Notes: generated by a model from the letters alone, not told the origin. A stretch of 64,000 nt of DNA from Hyphomicrobiales bacterium (GCA_031423895.1 JANPGK010000005.1:58683-122682), one strand, 5' to 3'. Positions 50,791 through 62,127 are shown, counted from the first letter of the stretch. A program made the numbers and translations.

Positions 50791-52383
50791 ATGTATTGCG
50801 TACCCTCCCTTTTGCGCGGCATTGCTGCGCGCCTCAAACTGCTGTGTGGCGTAGCCTTGTGCTGTGCCCTCACCCTGCCGCTGAGTGAAGCGCGGTTTTT
50901 CGACCCGCCGCACACCATTTCGTTGATGCACATGCATACGAAAGAAAAAATCACCATCACCTATAAGCGCGATGGTCGCTATGATAAGGTGGCGCTCGAT
51001 AAGCTCAATTGGTTCTTGCGCGATTGGCGCCGCGATGAGCCCACAAAAATGGACCCGCGCCTATTTGATTTGTTATGGGAAGTCACTCGTGAGCTGGGCA
51101 CAGATGAATATGTTCACGTGGTTTCGGCCTATCGCTCCCCCCAAACCAATGAAATGCTACGTTCACGTAGCCGTGGTGTGGCCAAGCAATCTCAGCACAC
51201 CATGGGGCGGGCGATGGATTTTTATATCCCCGACATGAACCTCTCGCGTATTCGCTATATGGCGGCCAAAAAACAACTTGGCGGCGTAGGGTTTTACCCA
51301 TCCGCGGGCAGCCCATTTGTGCACCTCGATGTAGGCAGTGTGCGGGCGTGGCCGCGCCTCACGCGCGATCAGCTCGCCAGCATATTCCCAGATGGCAACA
51401 CCATTCATATTCCTGCGGATGGTCGCCCCATGAGCGGCTATGAAGCCACTGTGGAGCGCATCGGCAAAGATGGCAAAAATGGCCCCGAGCGCGTGGCAGA
51501 ATATGGCGAGCAAACTGTGCGCGGGCTTGTGCCTGGCAGCAATGGCGGGTTTTTCGGACGTTCAAAAAACCTATTTACAGCGCTGTTTGGTGGCGGAAAT
51601 GATGAAGATTCTGATGAGGAAGCCACGCCAGCCGTGATTCCTGATAAAAAACTGGCACGCAATCAACAGCTTGCCAAAAATATTGAGGATGACGCGGATG
51701 AAAAGCCCGCAGCGCCGCCCACAGCAATTGCCAAATCCGATATTCCAATTCCTGAGCCACGTGCGGCAACAGGCGCGCCAATTGCATTGCCAATTGCTGG
51801 GGCAATTATTGCAAATGCATTTGATGCAGATGGGCCTATTGTACCTACGCCGCGTCCTAATGCTGGTGCGCAACAAGTGGCAGCCATTGAAGCGCCCAGC
51901 CCCATTAATTCTGCAAGTACTGTGCCTGTCCCCACCCCGCGCTTGGTGTGGGAGCAAGGGCCACAAGGCATTCCCATCAAAACACCCTCAATTGGCGAAG
52001 CTGCGCCTGTGGTTGCAGCAATTGCTGGCAAGCCTATTCCACGGGCGCGGCCATCGGCTATCGCCGCAGCGCCTAGCCCTGCCCCACAAATTGCGCGCGC
52101 GCCTGAACCAGAAAAACCGCAAATGACATGGAATGTGGGCGATCAACCTGTTGCCAAACCCGCAGCGCCTGCGCCAACAAAAGTAGAAACGGTGAACACA
52201 ACGCGCACACCTGCTGGCCGCACACCCAAGGGGGATAAAGGCAATTTTGCCCGCACAACGGCAACAACTAAGCCTGAAACCAGCCCGCAAGCGCTGCTGG
52301 CCGCCAAGCCATTTGGTGCGCATGACAGTTTCGCCTCCCCAAGCTCAGTGGTGGACAAATCTCAGGTGAATACGTTTCGGTGA
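50791..52383 (+). CDS. YcbK/DUF882 (peptidase M15-like) protein with long Pro/Ala-rich C-terminus
   Basis: LNWFLRDWR, DPRLFDLL, VSAYRSPQTNEML, SQHTMGRAMDF, FVHLDVG. Confidence 0.9.
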   Translation: MYCVPSLLRGIAARLKLLCGVALCCALTLPLSEARFFDPPHTISLMHMHTKEKITITYKRDGRYDKVALDKLNWFLRDWRRDEPTKMDPRLFDLLWEVTRELGTDEYVHVVSAYRSPQTNEMLRSRSRGVAKQSQHTMGRAMDFYIPDMNLSRIRYMAAKKQLGGVGFYPSAGSPFVHLDVGSVRAWPRLTRDQLASIFPDGNTIHIPADGRPMSGYEATVERIGKDGKNGPERVAEYGEQTVRGLVPGSNGGFFGRSKNLFTALFGGGNDEDSDEEATPAVIPDKKLARNQQLAKNIEDDADEKPAAPPTAIAKSDIPIPEPRAATGAPIALPIAGAIIANAFDADGPIVPTPRPNAGAQQVAAIEAPSPINSASTVPVPTPRLVWEQGPQGIPIKTPSIGEAAPVVAAIAGKPIPRARPSAIAAAPSPAPQIARAPEPEKPQMTWNVGDQPVAKPAAPAPTKVETVNTTRTPAGRTPKGDKGNFARTTATTKPETSPQALLAAKPFGAHDSFASPSSVVDKSQVNTFR

Positions 52384-52461
52384 GGGGTAGTGGGGCGCGT
52401 ACTTCATACGATGAACACTCTCGGCCGCTCGTTATTGCAAAGCACAACATCACCACAGCCC

Positions 52462-52550
52462 CGTAATTGCGAGCGAAGTGTAACGCAGCGCGGCAATCCA
52501 GAGATTTAAGAACTGGATTGCTTCCCCCTTCACACGTCGTCGCAATGACG
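52462..52550. repeat. CGTC-tagged palindromic element, family B, copy 2
   Basis: CGTAATTGCGAG...GCGGCAATCCAGA..TT.AAGAACTGGATTGC...TCGCAATGACG, similar to 4192. Confidence 0.82.
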
Positions 52551-52596
52551 GCGCTTGGGGGCACGACCTCCTTGCTACAGCGCAACGGGGATGGGG

Positions 52597-52977
52597 TTAT
52601 TGGAGCGACATGAGGGATTTAAGTGTGGTTGCCATACCCGTAAATACTTTTCCGACGATACCCAAATTAGCATCATTCAAATGAAATCGCGATAATCTTT
52701 GAGTAAATTCGATTTTCTCAAGCATGAGCTTAGCGGATTCTCCATGAACTGGATCATTAGCCAGTGCACGCACCGCCTTTTTGGCTTTGGCGTGCTTCGC
52801 ATCGAGGTCTTTCTTAAATGTAGAATGATCTAAGCCACCATCAATAGTAGATAAGGCGCTATCATACATTTCACTTCTACCGCTTTTAGCAGCCGATATG
52901 AACTGCTCAAAATTAGGTTTGGTGGAAGCTTGAGTGCCTGCACCTGAAGCGGCTCCGACCATATTGACGTTGGACAT
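52597..52977 (-). CDS. Hypothetical 126-aa protein, T3SS inner-rod (SctI)-like C-terminus
   Basis: GGGAG RBS before ATG at 52977; ends LGIVGKVFTGMATTLKSLMSLQ. Gene is well supported, function is a guess. Confidence 0.5.
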   Translation of the reverse strand: MSNVNMVGAASGAGTQASTKPNFEQFISAAKSGRSEMYDSALSTIDGGLDHSTFKKDLDAKHAKAKKAVRALANDPVHGESAKLMLEKIEFTQRLSRFHLNDANLGIVGKVFTGMATTLKSLMSLQ

Positions 52978-53145
52978 TACATTTACTCTCCCAATCTTAG
53001 TACTATATACACAGAAAAATAAAGATTTCGTCAATCATACATGCGGATTAGACCAAAGGATGAGAGTATAATTGTTGAAATTATGTTGACACTTTAGGAA
53101 CCAAATGTTAGATATTATCCATCGACAGGCTCTAAGGAGGACACT

Positions 53146-53349
53146 ATGAGAAACAAACCAAACAAACTCTACGCACAAGAAAGTGACGCTGCAGGCATTG
53201 ATGGCGCTAACAAAGCTGCCAATTCAGCCGCTTCCCGTAAGGAAATGTCAAGAATTAATGATATCGCTGCTGCATTTGATGTTGCTGCAACAATTCAAAA
53301 CAACATTGCTTCAGGCAACAAGCAGGCTGCTTCTAAAATCGGCCAGTAA
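53146..53349 (+). CDS. Hypothetical 67-aa Ala/Asn-rich protein, Hrp pilin/needle-like
   Basis: TTGACA-17-TAGATA promoter, AAGGAGG RBS, own terminator. Gene is well supported, function is a guess. Confidence 0.55.
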   Translation: MRNKPNKLYAQESDAAGIDGANKAANSAASRKEMSRINDIAAAFDVAATIQNNIASGNKQAASKIGQ

Positions 53350-53370
53350 GTAAGCATCTTAGTAAGATTA

Positions 53371-53409
53371 TTAGCGCCGCAAGTCATTATTTGTGGCGCT
53401 AATTTTTTT
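53371..53409 (+). terminator. Rho-independent terminator after the 67-aa gene
   Basis: TTAGCGCCGCAA-N8-TTGTGGCGCTAA followed by T7. Confidence 0.8.
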
Positions 53410-53495
53410 AAAATTATTTATGTATATTTGATATGCTACAAAAAAATATTGATAAGATTTTTATATATGCACTTTAATGCGTTTTGCGTAAAAAT

Positions 53496-53993
53496 TTAAG
53501 TGCCAATTCCTCTAGAAAATCCTCGAATTCGGTAATCGGGATGAGTGCGTTTTATATCATCAAGTATTTGTGATGTATTACGATTATCTTGTTGATCTGA
53601 GTTATATTCATCTTCTGGATAATTTGCTTGTACATATTCTAATACTGAAACTTCCCCATCGTGATTAGAATCTAAGTCATAACCAGATACTTGTGATAAA
53701 TATTCATTGAGCTCATCTGGCATGTAATCATAATGCGCCGGCATTTGCGCCATCGCCCTCTGCCGCAATATCTCATTTTGCTGCGCCATTTGGGCTTCAG
53801 TCATTTTCGATTGCGTTTTTGCTGGTGTTTTTGTTTCAGCGGTCGTGTCCACTGGCGTTGCGGTTTCAGTGGGTTTCACATCACCCTTGGTTTCATTCAC
53901 CGCCCCATCAAACTCCTGCGCTTTCACGGCAGGGGCTTCCTGCGCGGGGGCGGGTGTCGTTTGAGTGGTGTTTTTTACATCTGGCGGTGCCAT
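53496..53993 (-). CDS. Orphan with Thr/Pro/Ala-rich N-terminus and one EF-hand-like loop
   Basis: GAGG RBS, TTGAAA-17-TAATAT upstream, DLDSNHDGEVSVLE. Confidence 0.62.
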   Translation of the reverse strand: MAPPDVKNTTQTTPAPAQEAPAVKAQEFDGAVNETKGDVKPTETATPVDTTAETKTPAKTQSKMTEAQMAQQNEILRQRAMAQMPAHYDYMPDELNEYLSQVSGYDLDSNHDGEVSVLEYVQANYPEDEYNSDQQDNRNTSQILDDIKRTHPDYRIRGFSRGIGT

Positions 53994-54170
53994 GGCGGCC
54001 TCAATATATAAAAATTGCGTACGAAATCGCACAATGATTATTGAATATTACAATAAATTTGCACTCGTTTCAACTCATAAAGTGTTTGTTTACCTTATCC
54101 TTAAGTATAATACAAAAAACGACGCCCGAAAGCGCCGTTCATATTAAGTGTGTACTTTATACGCGCACTC

Positions 54171-55154
54171 TCAAAATTTCTCTTTCATCGAGTGATGCGC
54201 TTTGATGTAGCGGATGGTGCCGGTTGCGGAGCGCATCACCACCGTGTCGGTTTCAATGCCGTGCGCGGTGAAGCGCACGCCGCGCAAGAAGTTGCCATCC
54301 GTCACGCCTGTTGCGGCAAAAATCACGTCGCCGCTGGCCAATTCCATCATATCGAATTTTTTGGAAGGGTCGGCAATGCCCATTTTAATGGCGCGTTGGC
54401 GCTGTTCTTCATCTTTGATCACCAAACGGCCTTGCATTTGCCCGCCCATGCAGCGCAATGCCGCCGCCGCAAGCACACCTTCAGGCGCACCACCAATGCC
54501 GATGTAAATATCAATGCCCGTTTCATCTGGGTTCACAGTGTGGATCACCCCTGCCACATCGCCATCACCAATCAAGCGAATGGCCGCGCCAGTTGCACGC
54601 ACAGCGGCAATCAATTTATCATGACGCGGGCGATCCATAATGCAGGCGGTGATTTCAGAAATGGGCACGCCTTTGGCTTTGGCAATCGCTGAAATGTTTT
54701 CTGCTGGTGTTTTGTCAATATCGATCACACCTTCAGGATAGCCTGGGCCCACAGCGATTTTATCCATATAACAATCAGGCGCATTGAGCAGGCCGCCCGT
54801 TTCGGCAATGGCAATCACTGCCAATGAGTTGGGCAGGTTTTTCGCACAAATAGTGGTGCCTTCTAGCGGGTCAAGCGCAATATCCACTTTAGGGCCAGTG
54901 CCTGTACCGACTTTTTCACCAATATAGAGCATTGGCGCTTCATCGCGTTCGCCCTCGCCGATCACCACCGTGCCATCAATGGCCAAACGGTTGAGCTCTT
55001 GACGCATGGCATCTACAGCCACTTGGTCGGCCGCCATTTCATCGCCACGGCCACGCAAGCGAGCGGCCGCAACCGCGGCGCGCTCTGTAACACGGCCAAG
55101 TTCAAGCGCCAAAACGCGATCCAGCACACCACCCGTTAAACCAAAATTCGACAT
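54171..55154 (-). CDS. glpX: Class II fructose-1,6-bisphosphatase
   Basis: VVIGEGERDEAPMLY, DPLEGTT, GIGGAPEGVLAAAAL, ATGVTDG. Confidence 0.96.
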   Translation of the reverse strand: MSNFGLTGGVLDRVLALELGRVTERAAVAAARLRGRGDEMAADQVAVDAMRQELNRLAIDGTVVIGEGERDEAPMLYIGEKVGTGTGPKVDIALDPLEGTTICAKNLPNSLAVIAIAETGGLLNAPDCYMDKIAVGPGYPEGVIDIDKTPAENISAIAKAKGVPISEITACIMDRPRHDKLIAAVRATGAAIRLIGDGDVAGVIHTVNPDETGIDIYIGIGGAPEGVLAAAALRCMGGQMQGRLVIKDEEQRQRAIKMGIADPSKKFDMMELASGDVIFAATGVTDGNFLRGVRFTAHGIETDTVVMRSATGTIRYIKAHHSMKEKF

Positions 55155-55189
55155 TACACACTCCTCATCGTGTTGATTATGATCAATTC

Positions 55190-56506
55190 TTATAGAGATT
55201 CAATGCACATAGACTGCGGCTTTGTGGCCAAAATATGAGCATTAGAAATGGCATCCAGCGCTTTATGCAGCGCGGGGGCAGTGGTTTTGTGTGTGACCAA
55301 TATCACTTGCGCAATGCCGCTGCTAGACGATTGTCCATGCTGAACAATGCTTTCAAGCGAAATATTCTGCTGCGCCATATGGGTGGCAATGGTGGCAAAC
55401 GCGCCCGGCTTATCCTGCACAGCAAAGCGCACATAATAGCGATGGCTGATAGCATCCGCCTGCGCAGGCAGCACTACAGGCATATGCGCCACGCTTTGGC
55501 CAAAGGGCAAAATATGCAAGCCGCGCGCAATGTCGATAATATCGGCGGCAACGGCCGAAGCAGTAGGGTTGCCCCCAGCACCTGCACCCACCAGAAGCAA
55601 TGATGGCATAAAATCGGCGTCGATCAAAACCGCGTTGGTGGCACCGCCCACATCGGCAATTGCGGCATTGTGTGGCAACAATGTAGGTTGCACGCTTTGA
55701 GAAATTGTGTTGCCAATGCGCTGCGCAATGCCCAGTAACTTTATGCGATAGCCAAGGTCGCGCGTGGCGGCAATGTCTTCATATGTGATGGAACGAATGC
55801 CCTCAAGCGTTTGAATTTCCGAATGAATTTGCGTGCCAAATGCCAAAGACGTGAGGATGGACAGCTTGTGCGCGGTGTCGAACCCATCAATATCGAACGT
55901 TGGGTCAGCCTCGGCATAGCCCAATTCTTGCGCGGCTTTCAGACACACATCAAATGGCTCCGATTGCGCCTCCATCCGCGTGAGGATGTAATTGCAGGTA
56001 CCGTTCAAAATGCCCATCACCCGCGTGGGCGAATTGCCGCACAGCGATTCACGCAATGTTTTCACAATGGGAATGCCGCCCGCAACAGACGCTTCAAAAT
56101 TGAGTGACACGCCTTTTTGTTCGGCCAAAGCCGCCAAGGCATTGCCATGTGCAGCCAGTAGCGCTTTATTGGCAGTCACTACATGTTTGCCCGCATTCAA
56201 TGCCGCTTCAACCGCTGTGCGCGCAACACCTTCTGAACCGCCAATCAGCTCCACAAACACGTCCACATTTGGCGCATTCGCAATTTTCACAGCATCGTCA
56301 CACCACAACATTGAACTGGAAAGCGTGATGCCGCGATCTTTATTTTTATTCCGTGCACATACCGCCACCAGCTCTATAGGTCGGCTAGATCGCGCATTCA
56401 GTCCACGCGACTGAGCTGACGCAAGTAAATTGACAAGCGATGCGCCCACATTGCCAAGGCCAGCAATGGCGATCCGTAATGGAGTGGTGTGAGGGTGATT
56501 ATGCAT
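55190..56506 (-). CDS. hom: Homoserine dehydrogenase with C-terminal ACT domain
   Basis: AGLGNVG, VVTANKALLA, FEASVAGGIP, GILNGTCNYIL, GYAEADP, DKPG. Confidence 0.95.
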   Translation of the reverse strand: MHNHPHTTPLRIAIAGLGNVGASLVNLLASAQSRGLNARSSRPIELVAVCARNKNKDRGITLSSSMLWCDDAVKIANAPNVDVFVELIGGSEGVARTAVEAALNAGKHVVTANKALLAAHGNALAALAEQKGVSLNFEASVAGGIPIVKTLRESLCGNSPTRVMGILNGTCNYILTRMEAQSEPFDVCLKAAQELGYAEADPTFDIDGFDTAHKLSILTSLAFGTQIHSEIQTLEGIRSITYEDIAATRDLGYRIKLLGIAQRIGNTISQSVQPTLLPHNAAIADVGGATNAVLIDADFMPSLLLVGAGAGGNPTASAVAADIIDIARGLHILPFGQSVAHMPVVLPAQADAISHRYYVRFAVQDKPGAFATIATHMAQQNISLESIVQHGQSSSSGIAQVILVTHKTTAPALHKALDAISNAHILATKPQSMCIESL

Positions 56507-56549
56507 ATGCTGTAGCTACAAAATTGACGTGCCCTGTGCAAGCACGAAA

Positions 56550-57218
56550 TTAGCGTTGCGCTGGTTTGGGTTTACCCGTTAAAGGTTTTTCAGGCGTTGG
56601 TTTTGTGCCAGCTGGCACAGTTGGTGCTGCAGCATTTGGGCCATCATCATATCCAGTTTTTGGGCCTTCTTCAATTACGCCTTGGTTACCGCCTTTACAG
56701 TCCTTCAACCACACGTCATATACCGAATGCTCCACACCATTAATGCCAGGGCTTGCTGCAAACATCCACCCTGTGAAAATCCGCTTGGTTTCGCCTGTCA
56801 GCCCCACTTCATCCACTTCTACAAAGGCTGTCGTTTGTGGTGTATCAGAAAATGGGCGCGTGTAACACACACGCGGCGTAACTTTAAGCGCGCCAAATTG
56901 CGATTGTTCACCAATTTTTGCTTCAAAACTGGTGACGCGTGCCGTGATTTTATCGAGGCCATCCATCACAGCCACTGGGTTTTTTACGCGCTCAGTTTTC
57001 TTTTTTGCAGCTGCGATGGTTTCACGCTCTTGCTTCGATTTTTTAGATTTTTTTGGTTTTTGGGCTTCTGCATCAGGTTCAACAGGCACAGGATTAGAAA
57101 ATTCTTGCTGGGGTACTTTTGGCTGCGGATCAAAAAAGAATTGCGCTTTTGCAGGCGCTGTGCAGCTTACAAATGCGCCAGCAACAAGTGTTGATAAAAG
57201 ACGAAGCGTGCACGCCAT
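56550..57218 (-). CDS. DUF2155-like exported protein
   Basis: GLDKITARV, IFTGWMFAASPG..GVEHSVYDVWL.DC. Confidence 0.8.
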   Translation of the reverse strand: MACTLRLLSTLVAGAFVSCTAPAKAQFFFDPQPKVPQQEFSNPVPVEPDAEAQKPKKSKKSKQERETIAAAKKKTERVKNPVAVMDGLDKITARVTSFEAKIGEQSQFGALKVTPRVCYTRPFSDTPQTTAFVEVDEVGLTGETKRIFTGWMFAASPGINGVEHSVYDVWLKDCKGGNQGVIEEGPKTGYDDGPNAAAPTVPAGTKPTPEKPLTGKPKPAQR

Positions 57219-57368
57219 AATTGAAAAACCCTATGCGCAGAATCAACGCATTATAGTAATACCATGCCAAGCAAATTTAGCACAATTGTGGCGATACGAG
57301 AATGTGCACTTTATTGTGGCTTACCAACAGCTGATACCTTTCGGTATCAAAAACATGGGATGCTATCG

Positions 57369-57465
57369 CTCCATGTTTTCAGTTACGCTCTCTTGAATTT
57401 CTTGAAATTCAAGAATTTCAAGATGCGGTTCGCTATCGCTCCTGCCAACGTTAAGAAACGTTGGG
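57369..57465 (+). repeat. Dispersed repeat family D, copy 2, with nested 33-bp near-palindrome
   Basis: TACGCT-[57391-57423]-GCGGTTCGCTATCGCTC then CCAACGTT-AAGA-AACGTTGG; overlaps the sdhE stop. Confidence 0.72.
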
Positions 57466-57726
57466 ATTAGAGTCCCAAAATTGCACGATCTGCTGCCAGA
57501 CTGCAGTATTGAAAGCAGCGGGCTGTTCTTGGCGCCCGCACATCCACGCATACATATCGGCATCCGCTTCATCCAACAAGGCTTCGAAATCATCCAGCTG
57601 CTGCGGCGATAATGTCGCGCCATGGGCATCGAAGAAGCGGCCCAATACAAGGTCCATCTCCTTCATGCCTCGATGCCATGCCCGAAATTTGAGGCGCTTG
57701 AGCCGAATGTCTGCGGATTCTATCAT
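57451..57726 (-). CDS. sdhE: Succinate dehydrogenase flavinylation factor SdhE (YgfY/Sdh5)
   Basis: RLKFRAWHRGMKEMDL, FEALLDEADADMYAW. Confidence 0.88.
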   Translation of the reverse strand: MIESADIRLKRLKFRAWHRGMKEMDLVLGRFFDAHGATLSPQQLDDFEALLDEADADMYAWMCGRQEQPAAFNTAVWQQIVQFWDSNPNVS

Positions 57727-58610
57727 CAGCCTTTAAGCACTTCCACCAAGGTGGAGCCCAAGCGCGCTGGCGATGGTGAAACCACAATACCAGCGGATTC
57801 CATCGCCGCAATTTTGTCTTCCGAACCACCTTTGCCGCCGGCAATAATAGCGCCCGCATGACCCATACGGCGCCCTGCAGGAGCTGTACGCCCTGCAATA
57901 AACCCAACCATTGGTTTTTTGCGACCTTTTTTGGCCTCAATTTTCAGGAACTCAGCCGCTTCTTCTTCTGCACTGCCGCCAATTTCACCAATCATAATAA
58001 TGGAGAGAGTAAGCGGATCAGACAAAAACAGGTCGAGCACATCAATAAATTCTGTGCCTTTTACAGGGTCACCACCAATGCCAATGCAAGACGATTGACC
58101 AAGGCCCGCCACAGTGGTTTGCAGCACCGCCTCATAGGTCAGCGTGCCAGAGCGCGACACAACACCAACAGAACCTGGCTTGTGAATGTGGCCCGGCATA
58201 ATGCCAATTTTACACTCGCCTGGCGTGATCACACCTGGGCAATTCGGCCCGATTAAGCGTGATTTTGAACCCGCCAACGCGCGTTTCACCTTCACCATAT
58301 CCAGCACGGGAATGCCTTCGGTGATGCACACGATCAGTTCAATTTCAGCGGCGATGGCTTCTAAAATCGCATCCGCTGCAAATGGCGGTGGCACATAAAT
58401 CACCGATGCGTTGGCATCTGTAGCTTCGCGTGCATCCAAAACGGTGTCGAACACAGGCAAATTCAGGTGTTTGCTGCCACCTTTGCCAGGAGTTACGCCG
58501 CCCACCATTTGCGTGCCATAGGCAATGGCTTGCTCGGAGTGAAACGTGCCCTGCGCGCCAGTAAACCCCTGGCAAATGACTTTAGTATTTTTATTTACGA
58601 GAATAGCCAT
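57726..58610 (-). CDS. sucD: Succinyl-CoA synthetase alpha subunit
   Basis: [35 protein letters not shown]. Confidence 0.98.
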   Translation of the reverse strand: MAILVNKNTKVICQGFTGAQGTFHSEQAIAYGTQMVGGVTPGKGGSKHLNLPVFDTVLDAREATDANASVIYVPPPFAADAILEAIAAEIELIVCITEGIPVLDMVKVKRALAGSKSRLIGPNCPGVITPGECKIGIMPGHIHKPGSVGVVSRSGTLTYEAVLQTTVAGLGQSSCIGIGGDPVKGTEFIDVLDLFLSDPLTLSIIMIGEIGGSAEEEAAEFLKIEAKKGRKKPMVGFIAGRTAPAGRRMGHAGAIIAGGKGGSEDKIAAMESAGIVVSPSPARLGSTLVEVLKG

Positions 58611-58981
58611 TATTGAACTCCAGATTCGCTTGGTATATTTTTAGGATTTGCCTTGCAAATAAAATTGCGCAAAACAACAAGTAGTCTGTAGAGATAGTAT
58701 AGGATATAGCATCCAGCTATTGGCCAACTGAATAAGCCTTGTAATATGCCAAGCCAGCCCGATTCACCCCATCCTAATTCGGAATTAGGTAAAAAATGGG
58801 GAGCAACCAAAGCTACTGCTAGCATAGGGGATCCTATCAAGATTATTAAAAACGCGACTACATTGAAAATTATTTGATAGTCTTTTTTTTTGTAAAGCCT
58901 AACGTATGACCAATAAGCAATAGATAAATCAAAGATTGTAACCATCGCAATAGCAAGAAGTGGATCCTTTATTATTGCCAT
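58610..58981 (-). CDS. AT-rich orphan three-TM protein inserted between sucC and sucD
   Basis: TAATG stop/start overlaps at both ends; three hydrophobic segments. Confidence 0.68.
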   Translation of the reverse strand: MAIIKDPLLAIAMVTIFDLSIAYWSYVRLYKKKDYQIIFNVVAFLIILIGSPMLAVALVAPHFLPNSELGWGESGWLGILQGLFSWPIAGCYILYYLYRLLVVLRNFICKANPKNIPSESGVQ

Positions 58982-60150
58982 TACGCAGCCTCCTTCACAG
59001 CTTTTACAATTTTTGCGGCCGCATCGTCTAAATTATCGGCTGGCAATACAGCTAAGCCTGATTCTTTGAGAATTTTTTTGCCCAACTCCACATTTGTGCC
59101 CTCTAGCCGCACAACCAGTGGCACTTTGAGGCCAACCTCTTTCACCGCTGCCAGCACACCTTCAGCAATAATATCGCAGCGCATAATACCGCCGAAAATA
59201 TTCACCAAAATGCCTTTGACGTTTGGATCCGAAGTGATAATTTTAAACGCCGCCGTTACTTTTTCTTTGGTGGCGCCGCCGCCCACATCGAGGAAGTTGG
59301 CGGGCTCAGCACCATACAGTTTGATGATGTCCATTGTGGCCATCGCAAGCCCTGCCCCGTTCACCATGCACCCAATGGTACCATCGAGCGTGACATAGTT
59401 GAGGTCGTATTTGCTGGCTTCAATTTCCTTGGCATCTTCTTCAGTTTCATCGCGCAATTCGAAAATATCGGGGTGGCGATACATCGCATTCCCATCAAAT
59501 GACATTTTGGCATCGAGGCACAATAAATTGCCATCACCTGTGATCACCAATGGGTTAATTTCGAGCATTTCCATGTCTTTAGCAATGAATGCTGTATAGA
59601 GCTGGTTCAGCACTTTGCCTGCCTGTTTTGCGGCGGCGCCTTCCAATTTCAGCGCTTTCACCAAGCTGCGGCCATGGTGTGGCATCACGCCAGTGACAGG
59701 GTCGATTTGGAATGTGATGATTTTTTCGGGCGTGTTATGCGCCACTTCTTCAATATCCATGCCGCCTTCGGTCGACGCCACAACAGCTACAAAGCTTGTG
59801 GAGCGGTCAACCAGCAAAGACACATAGAATTCCTTGGCTATCGAGCTGCCTTCTTCCACATAAATGCGGTTGATTTGTTTGCCCACTGGGCCAGTTTGAT
59901 GCGTCACCAAAGTGAGGCCAAGCATGCGCTGCGCTTCGGCTTTCACATCGGCTACCGATTTGACCACCTTCACGCCGCCCGCTTTACCACGGCCACCTGC
60001 GTGAATTTGCGCTTTGACCACCCACACAGGGCCACCCAAAGTTTCTGCCGCTTTCACCGCTTCGTCCACCGTGAAGGCGGGCAAACCATTGGCCACGGGC
60101 ACACCAAATTGTTTGAGTACGGCCTTGGCCTGATATTCATGGATATTCAT
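58981..60150 (-). CDS. sucC: Succinyl-CoA synthetase beta subunit
   Basis: [41 protein letters not shown]. Confidence 0.98.
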   Translation of the reverse strand: MNIHEYQAKAVLKQFGVPVANGLPAFTVDEAVKAAETLGGPVWVVKAQIHAGGRGKAGGVKVVKSVADVKAEAQRMLGLTLVTHQTGPVGKQINRIYVEEGSSIAKEFYVSLLVDRSTSFVAVVASTEGGMDIEEVAHNTPEKIITFQIDPVTGVMPHHGRSLVKALKLEGAAAKQAGKVLNQLYTAFIAKDMEMLEINPLVITGDGNLLCLDAKMSFDGNAMYRHPDIFELRDETEEDAKEIEASKYDLNYVTLDGTIGCMVNGAGLAMATMDIIKLYGAEPANFLDVGGGATKEKVTAAFKIITSDPNVKGILVNIFGGIMRCDIIAEGVLAAVKEVGLKVPLVVRLEGTNVELGKKILKESGLAVLPADNLDDAAAKIVKAVKEAA

Positions 60151-60169
60151 GAGTGTTTCCTTTATTTAT

Positions 60170-60293
60170 TTCCCTTCGCCCCTTGCGGGAGAAGGTGGCA
60201 GCGTGAGCTGACGGATGAGGGCTTTTCTTATTTATACTAAGTGACCCCTCACCCGCCTCTTCGAGGCACCCTCTCCCGCAAGGGGAGAGGGAA
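60170..60293. repeat. Palindromic repeat family A, copy 3, between mdh and sucC
   Basis: CCCCTTGCGGGAGA...ACCCCTCACCCGCC..GCACCCTCTCCCGCAAGGGGAGAGGGAA. Confidence 0.85.
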
Positions 60294-60298
60294 GAAAT

Positions 60299-61342
<1,044 letters not shown>

Positions 61343-61513
61343 CTAACACGCAACTTCGTTAATGTTTTATAAATAGACACAGTTGCATTTTTGCCACAAT
61401 AAAAATTTGCTTCGCACACGCACACTAAGATCTATTGCATTATATATAATTTTATAGAATGAGCTTACGATACTGCGCGTAGTGTGCGTGCTTTTTTCGT
61501 CTTCAGGTGTAAA

Positions 61514-62113
61514 ATGATTCAGTTTGGCCTAAAACTTTTAGCAGGGGTCGCCATTCTCTCAGGAATTGGGTGCAGCTCAACACATGCAAACTCTATTTTC
61601 GACCCTGCCCCACAGCAACAAAACTGGTTTGGCGGTAATAATGCTGCAAACGCAAATTCGGAATATGCCGAGCCAATTCGCAAAGAACTGGTGGCCTATG
61701 ATGGCCCCTATGGCGCCAACACAATAGTGGTAAATACAAAAGAACGCCGCCTGTATTTGGTGATGCCAAACGGTAAAGCCATGAAATATGGCGTGGGCGT
61801 GGGTCGCCCAGGGTTTCAATGGGGCGGTGTGAAGCATGTCACCCGCAAGGCCGAATGGCCCGATTGGCGCCCACCTGCACAAATGATCAAGCGCCGACCA
61901 GATTTGCCACGCTTCATGCCAGGCGGTGAAAACAATCCGCTGGGTGCACGCGCAATGTATTTGGGTTCAACGCTCTATCGCATTCATGGCTCCAATGAGC
62001 CAGAGTCAATTGGCCAAGCGGTTTCATCGGGGTGCTTCCGCATGACCAATGAAGATGTGGAAGATTTATACGAGCGCGTACGCGTGGGCACACGGGTTGT
62101 TGTGCAGCGCTAA
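61514..62113 (+). CDS. L,D-transpeptidase (YkuD/ErfK family)
   Basis: RRLYLV, YGVGVGR, NPLGARAMYL, RIHGSNEP.SIG.AVSSGCFRM. Confidence 0.93.
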   Translation: MIQFGLKLLAGVAILSGIGCSSTHANSIFDPAPQQQNWFGGNNAANANSEYAEPIRKELVAYDGPYGANTIVVNTKERRLYLVMPNGKAMKYGVGVGRPGFQWGGVKHVTRKAEWPDWRPPAQMIKRRPDLPRFMPGGENNPLGARAMYLGSTLYRIHGSNEPESIGQAVSSGCFRMTNEDVEDLYERVRVGTRVVVQR

Positions 62114-62127
62114 ACACATCGATTGTT

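Noticed and set aside
53970-53993. PPDVK shared by the orphan N-terminus and the ThrS C-terminus
   Set aside because: Five-residue match with differing codons and no flanking similarity; coincidence.
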